NCBI RefSeq assembly: GCF_036321535.1
Contig: NC_087451.1
Location: 47,988,001 to 48,052,000, forward strand
DNA length: 64,000 bases
Source: Camelus dromedarius
Lineage: Eukaryota
Reading direction: 5' to 3'
Below are positions 59,700-64,000 of the stretch, one piece after another (the stretch's first letter is position 1; every line of letters begins with the position of its first letter). The translations under genes were made by a program, and so were the position numbers. The notes beneath the pieces were generated by a model. It made no database searches. It saw only the letters and a program-made list of their open reading frames with translations, and was not told the DNA's origin.

Positions 59700-59936
59700 A
59701 TGTTTTTTGACAACGCCGCAACCCGCTACTGAACCATCCCTTGGCGCCCGGGTAACCTCCTTTCAAACTTCGGACCCCGCTCACCTATCGCCTGTTTTTA
59801 TCCGCCTGCGAGCCTGAAGTGCCGCTCGTGATTGGCCGCGATCGCTGCCGTAGGCACGCCCCCTCCTTACGGGTTTCCGATTGGGGGAAGCCTATGTAGC
59901 CCCGCCCCTCGGCGGCCAGGGCAATCGGAAGCAAGC
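59700..59936 (+). promoter_or_regulatory. PIGS CpG-island promoter
   Basis: CpG-rich, with inverted CCAAT boxes (ATTGG at 59831-59835 and 59880-59884) and a GC box CCCCGCCCC near 59900. Confidence 0.7.
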
Positions 59937-63337
<3,401 letters not shown>

Positions 63338-63465
63338 GTAGGGAGAGCAGAGAGGCTGCGACCCTGCCTTATCCCTTCAGCTCATTCTCTCCTAAGTCTT
63401 CTCCTCCTTGCGCTATTGTGCGTTTCTTCCATTTGCCGCAGAAAATGCTCAAGAATTTTTAAAAA

Positions 63466-63594
63466 AATATAATTATTAATTTATTTATTGGCTTGTTTAT
63501 TTATTTATTATTAATGGAGGTACCAGGGGTTGAACCCAGGACCTCATGCACGCAAGGCATCATGCACTCTACCACTGAGCTCTACCCTCCCCCC
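63466..63594 (-). mobile_element. Camelid tRNA-derived SINE in PIGS intron 5
   Basis: ATGGAGGTACCAGGGGTTGAACCCAGGACCTC...CTCTACCACTGAGCTCTACCCTCCCC with a T-rich tail. Confidence 0.88.
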
Positions 63595-64000
63595 TCAAGT
63601 ATTTTTTAAACAGAATGCAAAGAGAGGTTTTTTCATTGACTCTGGGTCTTTCTAAATCCAAGGCTTGTGTGTGGTTCAACCTCCAGTGACCATTTAAAGT
63701 GGAAAAAAAAAAAAAATCAGGTTTGAAAGAAGCTGGTTTGAATGGATTGTGATAATATAAGCAATACACTGACCTCTTCACTTTATGAGCAAAAGGCTCA
63801 GTGGGAGCTATACCAGGTACCATTTTATTTTTAAGTTTGTAATGAAATATTTAATTATTACAAAAAGATGAAAGAAAAATTTAATGAACATCTAAGTACT
63901 CACCCGGAGCTTGCAAACTACAATATAGTGCATCTCCGTGGTTATACCCCATTCCCTTTCGGCCCAAGGTAACCATATTTTGTATCCTTTTCTTTTCTTT

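Noticed and set aside
59832-59936. In-frame N-terminal extension of PIGS suggested by the ORF track
   Set aside because: It starts at a TTG inside a CCAAT box in the promoter, probably upstream of the TSS; the ATG at 59937 has good context and matches the known N-terminus.

Overview
Mammalian genomic DNA, very probably from a camelid (alpaca, camel or llama), judged from eight copies of a camelid-type tRNA-derived SINE. The window holds the conserved gene block syntenic with human 17q11.2, with all genes on the + strand: SDF2 (last coding exon only), BLTP2/KIAA0100 (39 coding exons, 2233 aa), RSKR/SGK494 (12 exons, 405 aa), SPAG5/astrin (24 exons, 1195 aa), ALDOC (8 coding exons, 364 aa) and PIGS (first 5 exons; the gene runs off the window). 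I traced the exons by hand using splice sites, phase consistency and recalled human proteins; every reading frame closes without frameshifts or premature stops. Introns and intergenic DNA carry SINE, L1, L2, MIR, MLT1 and DNA-transposon remnants, microsatellites and two short N gaps. I see no RNA genes, CRISPR arrays or new gene system, and most ORF-track entries are exon fragments, antisense shadows or GC-rich noise. The best leads are fine-scale: SPAG5 translation-start architecture (strong uORF, loss of the internal Met equivalent to human M152, a new perfect-Kozak Met131); a SPAG5 exon that begins with a perfect splice-donor motif; a PIF-like acidic hydrophobic motif and a possible acylation signal in the little-studied kinase RSKR; no canonical poly(A) signal between BLTP2 and RSKR; a GC-AG intron and a 2-aa deletion in BLTP2; and unusual ALDOC substitutions. 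All comparisons with human sequences are from memory and need alignment.
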